Positions 61,648 through 64,000 of a DNA stretch of 64,000 nt are shown here, piece by piece. The notes beneath the pieces were generated by a model that searched no databases, had not been told where the DNA came from, and worked only from the letters and a program-made list of their open reading frames with translations. The stretch comes from an uncultured Gemmatimonadaceae bacterium. GTDB lineage: Bacteria > Gemmatimonadota > Gemmatimonadetes > Gemmatimonadales > Gemmatimonadaceae. The position numbers and the translations under genes are program-made. How positions within the stretch are numbered: the stretch's first letter is position 1; every line of letters begins with the position of its first letter. The DNA lies in NCBI GenBank assembly GCA_963751275.1, contig CAVVTZ010000009.1:192001-256000 (forward strand). The letters run 5' to 3'.

Positions 61648-61789
61648 GGCCTCCCGCTGGACAAACGGACTGCGACGTTGGACGTTAGGCCACGTGGAAC
61701 GTGGGGCTGGGAGTGATTCCCACTCTCAGCGACCACCCTCCACGCGGCCCAACGTCCAACGTCGCCCCCCGTTTGTCCAGCAGGAAGCC
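61648..61789. repeat. Imperfect long hairpin containing GACGTT(G/A) heptamers
   Basis: GCTGGACAAACGG..GCGACGTTGGACGTT pairs with AACGTCCAACGTCGC..CCGTTTGTCCAGC. Confidence 0.85.
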
Positions 61790-61806
61790 CCCGCTCCGTA
61801 GTAAGC

Positions 61807-62358
61807 ATGCCCCCCTCGAGTATCACCACCACCGTCCAATTCCCCCTCGACCGCGGCGAGCGCCAGCTCTGGGCGGGCGTGCCGCGGCAGGGTCTCACGC
61901 TCGGGCCGAACGATCTCATCGTCGTCCCGTTCAGCTTGCTGTGGGGCGGATTCGCGATCTTCTGGGAGTGGGGAGTCTTCCACTCCGGCGCGCCCTTCTT
62001 CTTTCGGCTCTGGGGCGTGCCGTTCGTCCTGCTGGGTCTCTACATGATCTTCGGCCGCTTCTTCTACGATTCCTACCGTCGTGCCCGCACGACGTACGCC
62101 GTCACGTCCGACCGCATCATCATCCAGAACGGCGGTTCCGTGAAATCCATTCCGATCCGCACACTGGGGGAAGTCACGCTGCGAGAGAGCGCCGACGGGT
62201 CCGGCACGATCGCCTTCGGCCCGCTGCCCACCGGGATGAAACTCGCGCTGCCGCTCACTCGGCCCGGCACGGAGACCATCCCGATGTTCGAGATGATCCC
62301 GAACGCGCGCGCCGTCTACGACATCATCCGCGACGCTCAGCGCGCGCCTGGCGCGTAG
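61807..62358 (+). CDS. Membrane protein with bacterial PH-like domain
   Basis: [41 protein letters not shown]. Confidence 0.8.
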   Translation: MPPSSITTTVQFPLDRGERQLWAGVPRQGLTLGPNDLIVVPFSLLWGGFAIFWEWGVFHSGAPFFFRLWGVPFVLLGLYMIFGRFFYDSYRRARTTYAVTSDRIIIQNGGSVKSIPIRTLGEVTLRESADGSGTIAFGPLPTGMKLALPLTRPGTETIPMFEMIPNARAVYDIIRDAQRAPGA

Positions 62359-62450
62359 GGTTTTTTGCCAGTGGCGCTTGCTGCGCCAGCACCCGACATT
62401 GGTAACACGCAGGTTGCGCGCGCGTTGAACCCGTTCCCGAGGACCCGGCC

Positions 62451-62993
62451 ATGGCATTCCGAAAAGGCGTCTACATCGTCCCCACCCATCGCTGGTACAT
62501 CGAACGCACGGTGTGGCTGGTCGCCGGCGTCGTCCTCCTCACGGGCACCGCGCTCGCCTATTGGGTGAATCCGTACTTCGTCTTCCTCGTGATCGCCACC
62601 GGCCTCGCGTCGATCACGGTGTCGCTCACCGGGTTCTGCATCGTCGGTAACGTCCTCGCGCGCCTCGGCTTCACCCCCATGCTCGGCGAGGATGCCAAGA
62701 AGACGGGCAAGTGGTACTTCATGAAGACCGACAAGTGGTATCTCGAGCGCCGCATTTACATGGCGGTGGGCATCAACATCTCGATCGCGTCGGTGCTCTC
62801 GCTCGTGTGGACGCCGTGGTGGCTGGCCTTCACCGCGTTCGTCGGCAGCGCGATGGTCTGGTTCGCGGCCACCGGCTACTGCATCATGGCGAACGGGCTC
62901 TATTGGCTGGGCGCCGAGCCGCGGCTGTCGCCGGAGAAGGGCAGCGCCGAGAAGATCACCGCGCCCGACGGCACCGCGATCGCCAAGGGCTGA
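62451..62993 (+). CDS. Tandem DUF2892 (YgaP-like) membrane protein
   Basis: WYIER...TGFC and WYLER...TGYC; GAGG RBS. Confidence 0.8.
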   Translation: MAFRKGVYIVPTHRWYIERTVWLVAGVVLLTGTALAYWVNPYFVFLVIATGLASITVSLTGFCIVGNVLARLGFTPMLGEDAKKTGKWYFMKTDKWYLERRIYMAVGINISIASVLSLVWTPWWLAFTAFVGSAMVWFAATGYCIMANGLYWLGAEPRLSPEKGSAEKITAPDGTAIAKG

Positions 62994-63070
62994 CGCCCGC
63001 GGGCGGAATTCCATATGATGGAGAGGGCCGTCCCCCGCGGACGGCCCTCTCTGCTTTCTCCGAGGCCTGC

Positions 63071-63760
63071 ATGCGCAATGTGGAACTGCACTTCTCCCAG
63101 CGGATCGGCTGGCTGCGCGCCGCAGTACTGGGCGCGGATGATGGTATCGTCTCCACGGCCAGTCTCATCCTGGGCGTCGCCGCGGCCGGCGCGCCGACGA
63201 GCGGCGTGCTCATCGCCGGCGTCGCGGGCCTCGCCGCGGGTTCCATGTCGATGGCCGCCGGCGAGTATGTGTCCGTCAGCTCGCAATCGGACACCGAGAA
63301 CGCGGATCTCGAGCGCGAGAAGAAGGAGCTGAAAGAGGACAGCGCCGGCGAGCACAAGGAATTGGCGCATATCTATGAGAAGCGCGGGCTCGACCCCGTG
63401 CTCGCGAAGCAGGTCGCGCAGCAGTTGATGGTTCACGATGCGCTCGGCGCGCATGCGCGCGATGAGCTGGGCATCACCGAGATCCACCGTGCGCGCCCGG
63501 TGCAGGCGGCGCTCGCATCGGCCGCATCGTTCGCGGTGGGCGCCGCCCTGCCGCTGGTGATGGTGCTCCTCGCGCCGCGGAATCTGCTCACGGTGCTCGT
63601 GGTCGCTGTCTCGCTCGTGTGCCTCGGCAGCCTCGGCGCCGTCGCCTCGCGCGCCGGCGGCGCGAAGGCCTGGGTGGGCGCCGCGCGCGTGACCTTCTGG
63701 GGCGCGCTCGCGATGGCGATCACGTACGGCGTGGGCGTACTGTTCAAGGTCACCGTCTAG
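63071..63760 (+). CDS. VIT1/CCC1 family Fe/Mn transporter
   Basis: WLRAAVLGADDGIVS, SMAAGEYVSVSSQ, AHARDELG. Confidence 0.95.
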   Translation: MRNVELHFSQRIGWLRAAVLGADDGIVSTASLILGVAAAGAPTSGVLIAGVAGLAAGSMSMAAGEYVSVSSQSDTENADLEREKKELKEDSAGEHKELAHIYEKRGLDPVLAKQVAQQLMVHDALGAHARDELGITEIHRARPVQAALASAASFAVGAALPLVMVLLAPRNLLTVLVVAVSLVCLGSLGAVASRAGGAKAWVGAARVTFWGALAMAITYGVGVLFKVTV

Positions 63761-63767
63761 GCCGCTC

Positions 63768-64000
63768 ATGGAACTGCTGATCCGCCGCGCCGTCGCCGAA
63801 GATTCTCTTGCGCTCACGGCGCTCGCGCGCCGCAGCAAGGCGGATTGGGGCTACCCGCCGGAATGGCTCAAGATCTGGGAGCCGGATCTCACGATCGGCG
63901 CGAATTACATCGCGGACAATCGCGTCTACGTCGCCACCGTCGACGGCAAACTCGCCGGCATGATCGCCGTCGAGGACCGCACCCTTTCGTGGACGCTCGA
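63768..64000 (+). CDS. GNAT acetyltransferase, truncated by window end
   Basis: MELLIRRA...LARRSKADWGYP.EW. Confidence 0.8.
   Translation, partial: MELLIRRAVAEDSLALTALARRSKADWGYPPEWLKIWEPDLTIGANYIADNRVYVATVDGKLAGMIAVEDRTLSWTL

Noticed and set aside
848..63838. Long antisense or off-frame ORFs (e.g. 848..2296, 12450..14165, 22109..23797, 38671..40689, 55946..59416)
   Set aside because: Arg/Ala/Pro-rich shadow frames of recognisable genes, expected in high-GC DNA.

Overview
High-GC bacterial chromosomal window. The gene repertoire (several Hanks-type Ser/Thr kinases with TPR tails, tandem duplicated MacB/FtsX 'orphan' permeases, many secreted peptidases) is Gemmatimonadota/Acidobacteriota-like; this is an inference, as no marker gene is present. 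About 55 CDSs are recognisable, including aceB-aceA, pirin, tricorn/S9/M90/metzincin peptidases, a Tat-signal LanC-like protein, and a two-component system next to a rhodanese-YeeE-YeeE/rhodanese-PLP sulfur operon. Many genes carry clustered 1-bp frameshifts that look like long-read indel errors. No rRNA, tRNA, CRISPR, integrase or transposase was seen. Two signals stand out. (1) A dispersed family of ~205-300 bp intergenic inverted-repeat elements with rigid geometry: each arm has four CGGA units at ~9-bp period, about 60 bp from a central palindromic core TTGTTGTTAACAACAA, with unique spacers between arm and core. One copy is inside-out yet keeps the same spacing to the base. (2) A four-gene secreted cluster at 19.3-21.4 kb alternating I/F-x-T-P-A-I-x-F/L-x-G repeat proteins with paralogous two-Cys beta-rich proteins, a candidate new fibre or amyloid-like system.
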